Of a DNA stretch of 64,000 bases, positions 48,921-58,265 are shown piece by piece. Numbering within the stretch: position 1 is the first letter of the stretch; each line of letters opens with the position of its first letter. A program made the position numbers and the translations under genes. Origin of the DNA: an uncultured Ignavibacteriaceae bacterium (GTDB lineage: Bacteria > Bacteroidota > Ignavibacteria > Ignavibacteriales > Ignavibacteriaceae); assembly GCA_964536015.1 (NCBI GenBank), contig CAZHVS010000012.1, positions 29,434-93,433 of the forward strand, written 5' to 3'. The notes beneath the pieces were generated by a model, which was given only the letters and a program-made list of their open reading frames with translations, did not search any database and had not been told where the DNA came from.

Positions 48921-49265
48921 ATGTTAAGAACAAATTTAACTCACGTGCTTTCAGAAGCAGACCATGCAGAACTATTAAAAAACAACGAAAATGTTATGAT
49001 ATGCTGCGGCAGAATGGGACCAATGTGTATACCTGTTTATGAAGTAATGGAAGAACTTGAAAGCGAATATAAAAATGTAAAGTTTGCTGATATGGAATTT
49101 GATATACCTGATGCAAGGGTTATAAGAAACCTGCCGGAGTGTAGAAGTTTTCAGGGATTGCCATTTGTTGTTTACTATAAAAACGGACAGGTTGTAAAAG
49201 CCACAAGCAGTATTCAATCAAAAGAACAAGTAACTGCTATACTTGATGAAAAATTTGGAAAGTAA
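48921..49265 (+). CDS. thioredoxin-fold protein with atypical CC-x6-C active-site region
   Basis: The Trx-like layout (VMICCGRMGPMCIPV...GLPFVVYYKNG) has CCGRMGPMC in place of WCGPC. Confidence 0.65.
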   Translation: MLRTNLTHVLSEADHAELLKNNENVMICCGRMGPMCIPVYEVMEELESEYKNVKFADMEFDIPDARVIRNLPECRSFQGLPFVVYYKNGQVVKATSSIQSKEQVTAILDEKFGK

Positions 49266-49344
49266 CTTAGTCACTCTCAAAAGCAGCTCTGTTACTGATT
49301 ATCTGTTACCGCTTTATTAAAGTTGGTTTATAGATTAAATAAAT

Positions 49345-49377
49345 AGCCTCATTCATTCGGATGGGGCTGTTATTTCT
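49345..49377 (+). terminator. rho-independent terminator after the thioredoxin-like gene
   Basis: AGCCTCAT / ATGGGGCT stem (one G-U pair) with loop TCATTCGG, followed by GTTATTTCT. Confidence 0.55.
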
Positions 49378-49441
49378 AAGGTATTCGGAATTGCTTAATG
49401 ACTTATTAATCATTACAATAAATTTATATTCGGAAAATGTT

Positions 49442-50398
49442 ATGGACAATCATTTTGATGCGATAGTAATTGGGGCTGGGGCAGCAGGATTAACTGCTGG
49501 TATTTATCTCTCACGTGCAAAAGTTAAAACATTAATACTTAATGAAGGTGCAATTGGCGGACAAATGGTGCTTACTCACGAGATTGCAAATTATCCCGGT
49601 GTGGAAAATATAAGCGGATATGAGCTTGCACGAACAATGAAGACTCAGGCACAAAAGTTTGGTTGTACTATTAAATCAAACATTAAAATTTCATCATTAG
49701 AATTAAATGAGGAATTAAAAAAAGTAACTGTTAATAATAAAGATGTTTATACATCAGATGCCTTAATAATTGCCACCGGAGGTAAATCCAGGATGATTGG
49801 TGCAATTGGTGAAAATGAATTTAAAGGAAAAGGCATTTCATACTGTGCAACCTGCGATGGAGATTTTTTTCAGGATAAAGAAATTATTGTTGTTGGCGGC
49901 GGTAACTCAGCTTTAGAAGAAGCTGTTTCACTTACAAAGTATGCATCTAAAGTTACTGTTGTACATCAGTTCGATCACTTTCAGGCATTTGAGCATTACG
50001 TTGATGAAGCAAAGAAAAATGAAAAGATCAGCTTTATAATGGAATCTAAAATAATTGAGTTTAATGGAAGTGAAAAATTAGAGTCAGTTAAAATTCAACA
50101 TCAGGCTACAAATGAAATTACCGAAATGAAGATAGATGGAGTATTTATCTTTATTGGTTATGTTCCTAATACAGAATTTCTTGAAGGAATTGTTGAACTT
50201 AATCAGTGGAAAGAAATTGTTGTTGATAAAGATATGAAGACAAATGTAACAGGAGTTTTTGCAGCCGGCGATTCAATTCAAAAAAGATATAGACAGGTTA
50301 CAACAGCAGTAGCTGATGGTACAATTGCTGCTTTAAGTGCTGCTGATTATATAAATAATCTTAAGCAAGAAGCAAAACTGGAAGAAGTTGTGCATTAA
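49442..50398 (+). CDS. trxB: thioredoxin-disulfide reductase
   Basis: FAD site DAIVIGAGAAGLTAG, redox-active CATCDG and NADPH site VVGGGNSALEEA. I prefer the ATG at 49442 over the ORF-track start at 49361. Confidence 0.9.
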   Translation: MDNHFDAIVIGAGAAGLTAGIYLSRAKVKTLILNEGAIGGQMVLTHEIANYPGVENISGYELARTMKTQAQKFGCTIKSNIKISSLELNEELKKVTVNNKDVYTSDALIIATGGKSRMIGAIGENEFKGKGISYCATCDGDFFQDKEIIVVGGGNSALEEAVSLTKYASKVTVVHQFDHFQAFEHYVDEAKKNEKISFIMESKIIEFNGSEKLESVKIQHQATNEITEMKIDGVFIFIGYVPNTEFLEGIVELNQWKEIVVDKDMKTNVTGVFAAGDSIQKRYRQVTTAVADGTIAALSAADYINNLKQEAKLEEVVH

Positions 50399-50458
50399 AA
50401 TTCTATGCTGGTTCTTGATGCAAGCGTGATGTAACTACTTGTCAGGAATTTTTTAATT

Positions 50459-51070
50459 ATGCAAAATAAAAATCACTGGTATGATGGCTGGTTTTATGAT
50501 AAGTTAATTGCGCCAAACCAGGATAGAATGTTTAGAGAGATAAAAAATCTTATCGAACAAAATTCAACAGTATTAGATGTTGGATGCGGAACAGGCAGAT
50601 TTTCGTTTTCTGTCGCTGACAAAGTTTCAAAAATTGTCGGAGTAGATTTATCAGTCAAAAACATCGCAACTGCAAATCAAACGCTTCAGAAAAATCCAAA
50701 CAAAAAAATTTCTTTTATTCAAAATAACACTGCCGAACTAATTGAACAAAAACTGCATTTTGATTATGCTGTTATGACTTACGTAATTCATGAAGTTTAT
50801 ACTGAAGATAGAATTTCTTTGCTTAAACAGTTAGCTCAGATTGCTGATAAGATTATTATTGGTGATTATCTTGTACCTGTTAATAATGGCTTTTGGGGTA
50901 CTTTGAATGAGGTTGTTGAGTACTTAGCGGGTAAAGAACATTACGCTAACTTTAAAGATTATGTTAAGAATGGTGGATTAAAAACTTTAAGCAGCAAAGC
51001 TAATCTTAAAATCATCGAAGAGATAAAAAACAAACCATCAACAAGTCATATTGTTTTGATTTCTAAATAA
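50459..51070 (+). CDS. class I SAM-dependent methyltransferase
   Basis: Motif I is VLDVGCGTGRFS. 203 aa. Substrate not inferable from sequence alone. Confidence 0.75.
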   Translation: MQNKNHWYDGWFYDKLIAPNQDRMFREIKNLIEQNSTVLDVGCGTGRFSFSVADKVSKIVGVDLSVKNIATANQTLQKNPNKKISFIQNNTAELIEQKLHFDYAVMTYVIHEVYTEDRISLLKQLAQIADKIIIGDYLVPVNNGFWGTLNEVVEYLAGKEHYANFKDYVKNGGLKTLSSKANLKIIEEIKNKPSTSHIVLISK

Positions 51071-51236
51071 ACAGAAAAGTTGTTTAGTTGTAATCTTTAG
51101 AAGATTGCTAATGAAAATATTTTATTGTTTATAGGTTAGTGACTTATTAAAAAAATCTTTCTATCAAAAAAAAATCTTTTAGAACCTAAAAGAATTTTTA
51201 TTCATCTCACCCATCGATAATAAAAAAAATAATCTG

Positions 51237-52187
51237 ATGAACAATAAACTAAAAAATTTTCCTATCACAAGCTTTGCAATTGTAATGGGTTTAACTGGTT
51301 TTACAATTGCGTTAAATAAATTCTATCATCTTAACTGGCTGCCCAAAATACTTTATGATGGGTTTCTGTTTGCAGTTTTGTTTTTATTCTTACTGTTTCT
51401 TATTGTTTATTTAACAAAGCTTGTTAAATATCCTGAAGAAGTTAAAAATGACTTTAATCATAGGATAAGAATTAATTTCTTTTCCACTATATCAATCTCT
51501 TTGCTTTTACTTTCAGTAGCATTTTATACATACTTCCCAATGCTTGCTATTATTTTGTGGTGGGCCGGAACAATTCTACATACATTTTTTACATACAAAA
51601 CAATTACGTTCTGGATACAGCATAATTTTGAGATGAAGCATTTTAATCCTGCCTGGTTTATTCCAGTAGTAGGCAATATTATCATACCTGTAGTTGGTGT
51701 TGATCTGTTGCCTGTTGCATTCTCGTTTTTCTTTTTTTCAACAGGATTTATCTTCTGGATAATTTTATTCACAATATTTATATACAGAGCAGTGTTTCAC
51801 GATCAGCTTGCACAAAAATTTGTACCTACTTTTTTTATTTTGCTTGCACCACCTGCAGTAGGATTTATATCATACATTAGAATTGCAACAAGCTGGGATT
51901 TATTTTCAATCTTTTTATTATTTAGCTCATATTCTATTGCAATTCTTTTATTGTTCCTTTATAAAAGTTTTAAGCAGTTAAAGTTTTTTCTTTCGTGGTG
52001 GGCGTTTACTTTTCCTCTTACAGCTCTAACAATTGCATCGGTTGTAGCATATCAGGTTGCTGCCGAATCAATGTACAAAGTTCTTGCTTGGATATTTCTT
52101 ATGATATCAATTGTGGTTATAAGTATCGTTTCATATCAAACCATTATTCATATTCTTAAAGGAGAAATTTGTGTTCAGGAAGAATAG
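51237..52187 (+). CDS. tehA: TehA/SLAC1-family (tellurite-resistance / dicarboxylate transporter, TDT) anion channel protein
   Basis: 10-TM protein with a FPITSFAIVMGLTG start and an AWFIPVVGN motif, both typical of TehA homologs. Confidence 0.7.
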   Translation: MNNKLKNFPITSFAIVMGLTGFTIALNKFYHLNWLPKILYDGFLFAVLFLFLLFLIVYLTKLVKYPEEVKNDFNHRIRINFFSTISISLLLLSVAFYTYFPMLAIILWWAGTILHTFFTYKTITFWIQHNFEMKHFNPAWFIPVVGNIIIPVVGVDLLPVAFSFFFFSTGFIFWIILFTIFIYRAVFHDQLAQKFVPTFFILLAPPAVGFISYIRIATSWDLFSIFLLFSSYSIAILLLFLYKSFKQLKFFLSWWAFTFPLTALTIASVVAYQVAAESMYKVLAWIFLMISIVVISIVSYQTIIHILKGEICVQEE

Positions 52188-52224
52188 ATAATTTATTAAT
52201 TACATTAAATCTTAAAAATCTAAA

Positions 52225-52731
52225 ATGAAAACAAAATTATTAGTCATAGTATCAATTTTAATAGGCATGGTTATCGGGATTTTATTTTCTGGAATTGCAT
52301 TAAGTTTATCTGCCGGAAATATGATGTTGAAAGAAATTAAAAGTCCCTACGATTTTGATAAAACCATATCAGTACTGACGGAAAGAATTAATCAACAGCC
52401 AGGATGGCACGTTGTTAAAGTGATAGATCAAAACGAAGCTGTAACTTTGCACGGCGGCAAACCAATTGGCAAGTTTAATATTATACAGTATTGTAATGGA
52501 AAATCATCATCACAAATGTTAAGCTCTGATGATAGAAAAAAAATCGGCGCAATGATGCCAAAAGCTTTTGCTGTGTATGAAAAGTCAGATGGACAGGTTT
52601 ATTTAGCCACTTCAAACGGAATGGTAATGGGTAAACTTTTTGGTGGTGAAACTGAAAAACTGATTGAAGGTGTTTCAGTTGATGTAGAAAATATTTTAAG
52701 GTTTATGAATTTTAAGTTTACAGTGTTTTAA
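52225..52731 (+). CDS. DUF302-domain protein with N-terminal membrane anchor
   Basis: The size and the central/C-terminal pattern (...KFNIIQYCN...MMPKAFAVYEKSDGQVYL...) fit DUF302. Confidence 0.55.
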   Translation: MKTKLLVIVSILIGMVIGILFSGIALSLSAGNMMLKEIKSPYDFDKTISVLTERINQQPGWHVVKVIDQNEAVTLHGGKPIGKFNIIQYCNGKSSSQMLSSDDRKKIGAMMPKAFAVYEKSDGQVYLATSNGMVMGKLFGGETEKLIEGVSVDVENILRFMNFKFTVF

Positions 52732-52745
52732 ATTGATAAAATAAT

Positions 52746-52779
52746 AAAGATGACATCTGTTGCGTAAGATGCCATCTTT
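52746..52779. terminator. hairpin between convergent DUF302 and ompA-like genes (likely terminator, better on the minus strand)
   Basis: AAAGATG...CATCTTT stem, flanked on the minus-strand side by a T-rich run (TTATTATTTT). Confidence 0.4.
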
Positions 52780-52792
52780 GTCATTAGCCATT

Positions 52793-54103
52793 TTAGAATT
52801 TTACAAACTCGACCCTGCGATTATTTGCTTTACCTTCTGGTGTAGTATTGTTGGAGATTGGTTTTAATTCTCCAAATCCTTTAGCTTTTAATCTGAAAGT
52901 ATTAATTCCCATACTTACAAGCTGGTTTAGCACAGTATTGGAGCGGGCTTCAGAAAGTTTTAAGTTCGTTTCCTCGCTTCCATCACTATCTGTATGTCCT
53001 TCAACAGAAAAGTTTAAGTCTGGATGTTGAATCATCAAGTTGTAAATATCATTGATTACGCCCATTGATTCAGGTTTAATAGTTGCCTTGTTAACATCAA
53101 ACCTAATTCCTGTTGTAATTATTTTACCATCAGTTAAAAGTTTATCATATAATGTAACAGCACCTTTTGCAATACGAATATTTTTTATATAACCCTTAGT
53201 ATTTCCATTAGGATTGTGAAAACCAATAGTAACGCCAGTGGGATTATAACCAAGATTTGGAATGTTTAACAAGCGTGTTTCATCTATGTAAGTTTTAAGT
53301 GCACGTTTGTTAAATGAAATCGAAATTCTTCGCCATCCCGGTCTAAAAACCTTAGCAAAATTACTATTGGTGAAGCCCGGTAACCATGCTATTTCAATAT
53401 CTTTTCCATCAAAGCAATAATCTTTAAATCTAATCCACTTATGACCTGCCTGGTAATTTTTATCAAGTTTTTCTTGATTTTTGTAGTCGGCAAAATATAT
53501 AGAATATTGTGAATGTATGTCTTCAAAATAGGCGTCTAGTTCAATAGTAAACTCATCTGGCAAATAATCTTCTTTTGTGTTTTTTAATAGAGGGACAATC
53601 CCGCCGCCGCCATTAGTATTACATTTTATAAAATAAATGACATTGCTTCCATCAAACGTAGCATTTTCAATTGTTCCTTTTGTTAAATCCCATCGGGAAG
53701 GGAACTCCCCATTTTTTTCATTTTCCAGATTGTCATCAAAAATTATTTCATCACCTGGAATAAAATCAAACTTTGCCCAACTCAATTCTGGTTTTTTCTG
53801 AACTGTGTTTTGAACTGAATCGATTGTATAATTTTCTTTTAATGTTTCATTTGATCTATTTAATGTTTGCATATTGTCAGAAGATTCGTTTGTTTTCTTA
53901 TCTTCTTTTCCAATATTGGTAATGCCATCTTCAACAGCATCGATTCCTTTGTCAATTGTTTTATCAATTTTGTGTTCAACTTTTTTTTCTATTTTCTTTT
54001 CAGTCTTTTTCTGAATTTTTTTTAAGTCAATTTGCGAAAATAATTGAGTTGAAATAGAAACGCACAATAATGTGATAGTTAATATGAAACTGTGTTTTAT
54101 CAT
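52793..54103 (-). CDS. OmpA-family protein (C-terminal OmpA/peptidoglycan-binding domain)
   Basis: Signal peptide, a Lys-rich repeat (KKTEKKIEKKVEHKIDK), and a C-terminal OmpA domain ending NNRRVEFVKF. Confidence 0.85.
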   Translation of the reverse strand: MIKHSFILTITLLCVSISTQLFSQIDLKKIQKKTEKKIEKKVEHKIDKTIDKGIDAVEDGITNIGKEDKKTNESSDNMQTLNRSNETLKENYTIDSVQNTVQKKPELSWAKFDFIPGDEIIFDDNLENEKNGEFPSRWDLTKGTIENATFDGSNVIYFIKCNTNGGGGIVPLLKNTKEDYLPDEFTIELDAYFEDIHSQYSIYFADYKNQEKLDKNYQAGHKWIRFKDYCFDGKDIEIAWLPGFTNSNFAKVFRPGWRRISISFNKRALKTYIDETRLLNIPNLGYNPTGVTIGFHNPNGNTKGYIKNIRIAKGAVTLYDKLLTDGKIITTGIRFDVNKATIKPESMGVINDIYNLMIQHPDLNFSVEGHTDSDGSEETNLKLSEARSNTVLNQLVSMGINTFRLKAKGFGELKPISNNTTPEGKANNRRVEFVKF

Positions 54104-54263
54104 TTAATCCTCTAATTTATTTAAAGTTAAGTTCTTTCCCCCCTGGAGTGAGATAATGTATTTAACAGCTCAAAGTTAAGTATTAAAACTTGAAAAAAAA
54201 ATCTTGTTCTGTGATTTTAAATGTTTTGTTATGAAATATTTAAATTTTACAAAATACTTATGC

Positions 54264-55769
54264 CTATGCTGGTTTATAATCGATTTTAAGTCTTTTAATT
54301 TTGCTTTGTAATGTTGTTGGTTTAATTTTAAGTAAAGATGCGGCCCCATCCTTACCATAGATTTTTCCATTTGCAAGGTTCAAAGCTTTTATAATTATTT
54401 CTTTTGTTTCATCGTCAAAAGATTTTATGAATGATTTTTTTTCTTCGCAATCAGATTTCTGTAAATTCTGTTTCTCAAATATTAAATGCGAAGGCTCAAT
54501 AATTCCGTCTTTACTTAAAATGGCCGCCCTCTCAAGTGTGTTCTGAAGTTCTCTTACATTTCCGTACCAGTTGTTTTCTGCAAGAATCCTTACTGCTTCT
54601 TTTGACAATAACAATTTTCTATCGCTAAATTTTTGTGTAAGTTTTTCAAGAAAATAATTTGCGAGCAAATAAATGTCTTCTTTTCTTTTTCTTAATGGCG
54701 GCAATTGAATTGGAAAAACATTTAAACGATAAAAAAGATCTTCACGAAATTTTCCCTCTTTAACTTTACTTTCAAGATCAACATTGGTTGCACAAATAAT
54801 TCTAACATTTGCGTGAATTGTTTTCTCGCTTCCCAATCTTTCAAATGTTCCTTCCTGTATTGCCCGTAAAAGCTTTGGTTGAATATCGATTGGCAAATCA
54901 CCTATTTCATCAAGAAATAAAGTTCCACCATCAGCAAGTTCAAATCTTCCCCGCCTTGCAGAAACCGCACCGGTAAAAGCTCCTTTTTCGTGGCCAAACA
55001 ATTCACTTTCTGCAAGATTATAATTAAGCGCTGAACAATTTAAAGTAATGAATGGCTTTTTATTTTTCTTTGAAAGCGAATGAATTGCTTTAGCTACCTG
55101 TTCTTTACCGGTTCCCGTTTCTCCTAAAATCATAACATGAGAATCTGTTGGAGCGACAAGTTTTATTTTTTCAATTATTTGAAGCCATGCGGGAGAGTTT
55201 CCTATCAATCCATCAACTACAGAAGAAATATCACCAATTAGTGAGGTTCTTTCATAAATCAATTTTTCTTTTTCATTTTGCAAAGAGTCGTTTGCAACAG
55301 CCTGAGCCAGTGCAAGAGCAATCAACTTAGTTAAAGAATTAGCAATAGTTACTTTTTGTGGAGTAAACATATCGCATTGCCTGTGATCGAGCGTCATCAG
55401 TCCTAGAGTTTCACCATCAATCCTTAGAGGTGCAAGCAAACAAGAGTGTCCTGTTGGTAAATCCATTATTCCTTCATAAGTATCGTGATGATCGGGATTG
55501 TTAGTTTCTTCAACCAGCTTTACTTTTCCTGTTTGTAATACTTCCTCAATTTCTGGATGTTGTTTTATTCTTAATCCAAAGTTCTTTAATTTTTCAGAAG
55601 CCAGCGGTCCATGTGCAAAACGAACTTTGAGGTTGTTATCACTTTCTCTACTTAATATTACTGCAAGCTCATAAGGAATTATTTCACTTATGGTATCAAG
55701 AACAATTTCCATTGTCTTTTGCGGAGAAAGCAAAAGTAAATCTTTCTGAATCAAATCATGTGTTGTCAT
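54264..55769 (-). CDS. sigma-54-dependent transcriptional activator with N-terminal GAF domain (NorR-like architecture)
   Basis: GAF-like N-terminus, an AAA+ core with GETGTGKE and GAFTGA, and a C-terminal HTH. 501 aa. Confidence 0.9.
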   Translation of the reverse strand: MTTHDLIQKDLLLLSPQKTMEIVLDTISEIIPYELAVILSRESDNNLKVRFAHGPLASEKLKNFGLRIKQHPEIEEVLQTGKVKLVEETNNPDHHDTYEGIMDLPTGHSCLLAPLRIDGETLGLMTLDHRQCDMFTPQKVTIANSLTKLIALALAQAVANDSLQNEKEKLIYERTSLIGDISSVVDGLIGNSPAWLQIIEKIKLVAPTDSHVMILGETGTGKEQVAKAIHSLSKKNKKPFITLNCSALNYNLAESELFGHEKGAFTGAVSARRGRFELADGGTLFLDEIGDLPIDIQPKLLRAIQEGTFERLGSEKTIHANVRIICATNVDLESKVKEGKFREDLFYRLNVFPIQLPPLRKRKEDIYLLANYFLEKLTQKFSDRKLLLSKEAVRILAENNWYGNVRELQNTLERAAILSKDGIIEPSHLIFEKQNLQKSDCEEKKSFIKSFDDETKEIIIKALNLANGKIYGKDGAASLLKIKPTTLQSKIKRLKIDYKPA

Positions 55770-55792
55770 TTTTTCACCGATATTCCGTTATA

Positions 55793-55829
55793 AACGATAT
55801 TTAGTTATGATAAATTACGAAATATCGTT
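55793..55829. promoter_or_regulatory. candidate upstream activator site: 10-bp perfect inverted repeat AACGATATTT-N17-AAATATCGTT
   Basis: Centred about 90 bp upstream of the -24 element at 55900. An extra CGATATT copy lies at about 55779-55785. Confidence 0.4.
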
Positions 55830-55899
55830 ATTAAAATGCAAGATGCTTCTAAATTTTCTATAAAACTTAGAATTTTAATTGAAATCGCAATTATTTTAA

Positions 55900-55915
55900 T
55901 GGCACAAGGTTTGGT
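55900..55915 (+). promoter_or_regulatory. sigma-54 (-24/-12) promoter for dps-prx: TGGCAC-AAGGT-TTGG
   Basis: Perfect -24 TGGCAC with canonical spacing to a -12 TTGG (consensus TTGC). It lies 32 nt upstream of the dps ATG, next to a divergent sigma-54 activator gene. Confidence 0.6.
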
Positions 55916-55946
55916 TTATTAAGTCAAAAAGAAAAGGAAAATAAAA

Positions 55947-56420
55947 ATGAAAAATATAATTAGTAACGAAAATAAAATTAAGATAGCAGAACTACTTAAA
56001 CCTGTTTTAGCAGATCAATTCGTTCTTTATACAAAAGCAAGAAATTACCACTGGAACATAACCGGTAATATGTTCTTAACCCTGCATACAAAATTTGAAG
56101 AACTATACAATGAACTTGCAATTGATATAGACGAAACCGCTGAACGCATAAGAACTTATGGATTGAATGCGCCGGGGACGATGAGTGAATTCATTAAATT
56201 ATCTGGATTAAAAGAAGAAGCTGAGGGAAAATATCCAGACCAATTTAATATGGCTAACAATATTGCAAACGATTATGAATTCTTAGCAGCAAAACTGAAT
56301 GAAATAGCTATGAAACTTCAAAAAGAATATAACGACGAAATAACCGCCGGCAAACTTTATAGTGTTGCTGAAAGATATGAAAAGCACGCCTGGTTATTGA
56401 AATCACTTAATATGAATTAA
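55947..56420 (+). CDS. dps: Dps-family DNA-protection/ferritin-like protein
   Basis: LYTKARNYHWNITG..F..LH..FEE.Y is the ferroxidase-site region of Dps. 157 aa. Confidence 0.9.
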   Translation: MKNIISNENKIKIAELLKPVLADQFVLYTKARNYHWNITGNMFLTLHTKFEELYNELAIDIDETAERIRTYGLNAPGTMSEFIKLSGLKEEAEGKYPDQFNMANNIANDYEFLAAKLNEIAMKLQKEYNDEITAGKLYSVAERYEKHAWLLKSLNMN

Positions 56421-56462
56421 CCTCAAATAAAAATTTTATTAACAAAAAAAGGAAAAACAAAA

Positions 56463-57167
56463 ATGGAAAACACTCAATTATCAATGCCAAGAATTGGCGA
56501 TCCCGCTCCCGAATTCAAAGCAGTAACAACACAGGGAGAAATCAATTTCCCCGCAGATTATAAAGGAAGCTGGGTAATATTATTCAGCCACCCCGCGGAT
56601 TTTACTCCCGTATGTACAAGCGAATTTATGACATTCGCATCGATGGAAGAGCAATTTGCAAAAGCTAATTGTAAGCTTGTTGGTTTGTCGGTTGATGGTC
56701 TTTACAGTCACATCGCATGGCTAAGAACAATTAAAGAAAAGATTGAATACAAAGGAATGAAAAACGTTGAAGTAAAATTTCCTTTAATTGAAGACATCAC
56801 AATGGATGTGGCAAAAAAATATGGAATGATTCAACCAGGAGAAAGCAGCACAAAAGCAGTTCGAGCTGTATTTGTTATTGATCCTAAAGGAATAATCAGA
56901 ACAATAATTTATTATCCTTTAAGTCTTGGAAGAAATTTTGACGAATTGTACAGAGTATTAATTGCTCTTCAAACAGCAGATGAATTTTCAATTGCAACTC
57001 CCGCTGACTGGCGTCCTGGTGATGATGTGATTGTTCCTCCTGCTGGTTCTTGCGGAACAGCAAAAGACCGAATGGAAGGAAAAGAAGATATGAAATGTTA
57101 TGATTGGTTCTTCTGTACAAAAGAGCTGAAAAAAGATACTGTGTTAAAAGCAATACTTAAAAAGTAA
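56463..57167 (+). CDS. peroxiredoxin (Prx6-like/archaeal-type with C-terminal extension)
   Basis: The FSHPADFTPVCTSE peroxidatic Cys motif. 234 aa, with additional C-terminal cysteines (PPAGSCGTAK...MKCYDWFFC). Confidence 0.9.
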   Translation: MENTQLSMPRIGDPAPEFKAVTTQGEINFPADYKGSWVILFSHPADFTPVCTSEFMTFASMEEQFAKANCKLVGLSVDGLYSHIAWLRTIKEKIEYKGMKNVEVKFPLIEDITMDVAKKYGMIQPGESSTKAVRAVFVIDPKGIIRTIIYYPLSLGRNFDELYRVLIALQTADEFSIATPADWRPGDDVIVPPAGSCGTAKDRMEGKEDMKCYDWFFCTKELKKDTVLKAILKK

Positions 57168-57189
57168 CTGAAATAAAATTAAGCAATTT

Positions 57190-57228
57190 AAACCTTCGTT
57201 GTTGATTGAAACGACGAAGGTTTTTTTA
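57190..57228 (+). terminator. rho-independent terminator after the peroxiredoxin gene
   Basis: AACCTTCGTTGT / ACGACGAAGGTT stem followed by a T7 run. Confidence 0.8.
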
Positions 57229-57298
57229 TCCGATTACATCCCGTCTCCAATATAAAGTTTGAAGGCATTAAAAAGTTTTTTATTTTTAAATACAGGAA

Positions 57299-58195
57299 AT
57301 GACAAGTAAACACTCACATAGCCACAATGCCAATATTTCTGAAAGAAATCTTTTCTTAACAATGGCTTTGAATTTTTTTATTACAATTGTTGAGATAATC
57401 GGTGGAATTGTATCGGGAAGTTTAGCCTTAATTTCAGATGCACTGCATAACTTTAGTGATGGAATTGCAATCATTATAACATACATTGCAATGAGGTTAA
57501 GCAAAAAGCCAAGAACATTCAAATATACTTTTGGATTGAAGCGAGCCGAAATTCTTGCTGCAATAATTAATGCAAGCACACTTATTATTATTAGTTTTTT
57601 CTTAATACAGGAAGCAATTAAACGATTCTCCAATCCCGTTACAATTACAGGCAATCTTATGTTGATTGTTGCAGCTACGGGATTAATTGCAAACATTGCA
57701 GGGACGCTATTATTAAAAAAGGATTCAAAAAACAACCTTAATATTCGCGCTGCTTACTTGCATTTATTAAGCGATGCCGTTTCATCATTGGCTGTTATAA
57801 TTGGTGCTATATTTATAATTTATTTCAAAGTAGCTTGGATTGACCCAGTGCTAACAATTTTGATTTCAATTTATATTTTAAGAGAAACTTATGAAATTGT
57901 AAAAGAATCAATCGATATTTTGATGATGTCAAATCCCGAAGGAATTAATCTTGATGAGATTAAATTGTTAACAGAAAAAATTAAGGGAGTAAAAAATATT
58001 CATCACATACACATCTGGAAATTAAACGATAACGACATACACTTTGAAGCTCACATCGAAGTTGACGATATGGCTGTAAGTAAAACAGTTGAAATACAAG
58101 AACAAATTGAACACGAGTTACATGAAAGATATGAAATCAATCATACAACTTTGCAGTTTGAATGCAACAAATGTGAAAACAAAACTATTTTATAA
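57299..58195 (+). CDS. cation diffusion facilitator family transporter (CzcD/ZitB-like)
   Basis: His-rich N-terminus HSHSHN, SLALISDALHNFSD and HLLSDAVSS metal-site motifs, and a C-terminal cytoplasmic domain. Confidence 0.9.
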   Translation: MTSKHSHSHNANISERNLFLTMALNFFITIVEIIGGIVSGSLALISDALHNFSDGIAIIITYIAMRLSKKPRTFKYTFGLKRAEILAAIINASTLIIISFFLIQEAIKRFSNPVTITGNLMLIVAATGLIANIAGTLLLKKDSKNNLNIRAAYLHLLSDAVSSLAVIIGAIFIIYFKVAWIDPVLTILISIYILRETYEIVKESIDILMMSNPEGINLDEIKLLTEKIKGVKNIHHIHIWKLNDNDIHFEAHIEVDDMAVSKTVEIQEQIEHELHERYEINHTTLQFECNKCENKTIL

Positions 58196-58265
58196 TACGG
58201 TTACCAGACAGAGATTAAAATTATATTTTATAACCCAATCAAGATTTTTTAACATCGCTTTACGA

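Noticed and set aside
49378-49395. Sigma-54-like element AAGGTATTCGGAATTGCT upstream of trxB
   Set aside because: The GG-to-GC spacing is one nucleotide longer than the strict consensus, and the -24 region (AGGTAT) is poor.
57286-57735. 149-aa minus-strand ORF opposite the CDF transporter gene
   Set aside because: It is antisense to a CDF gene carrying all family motifs. The hydrophobic mirror-frame translation is expected for membrane-protein coding DNA.
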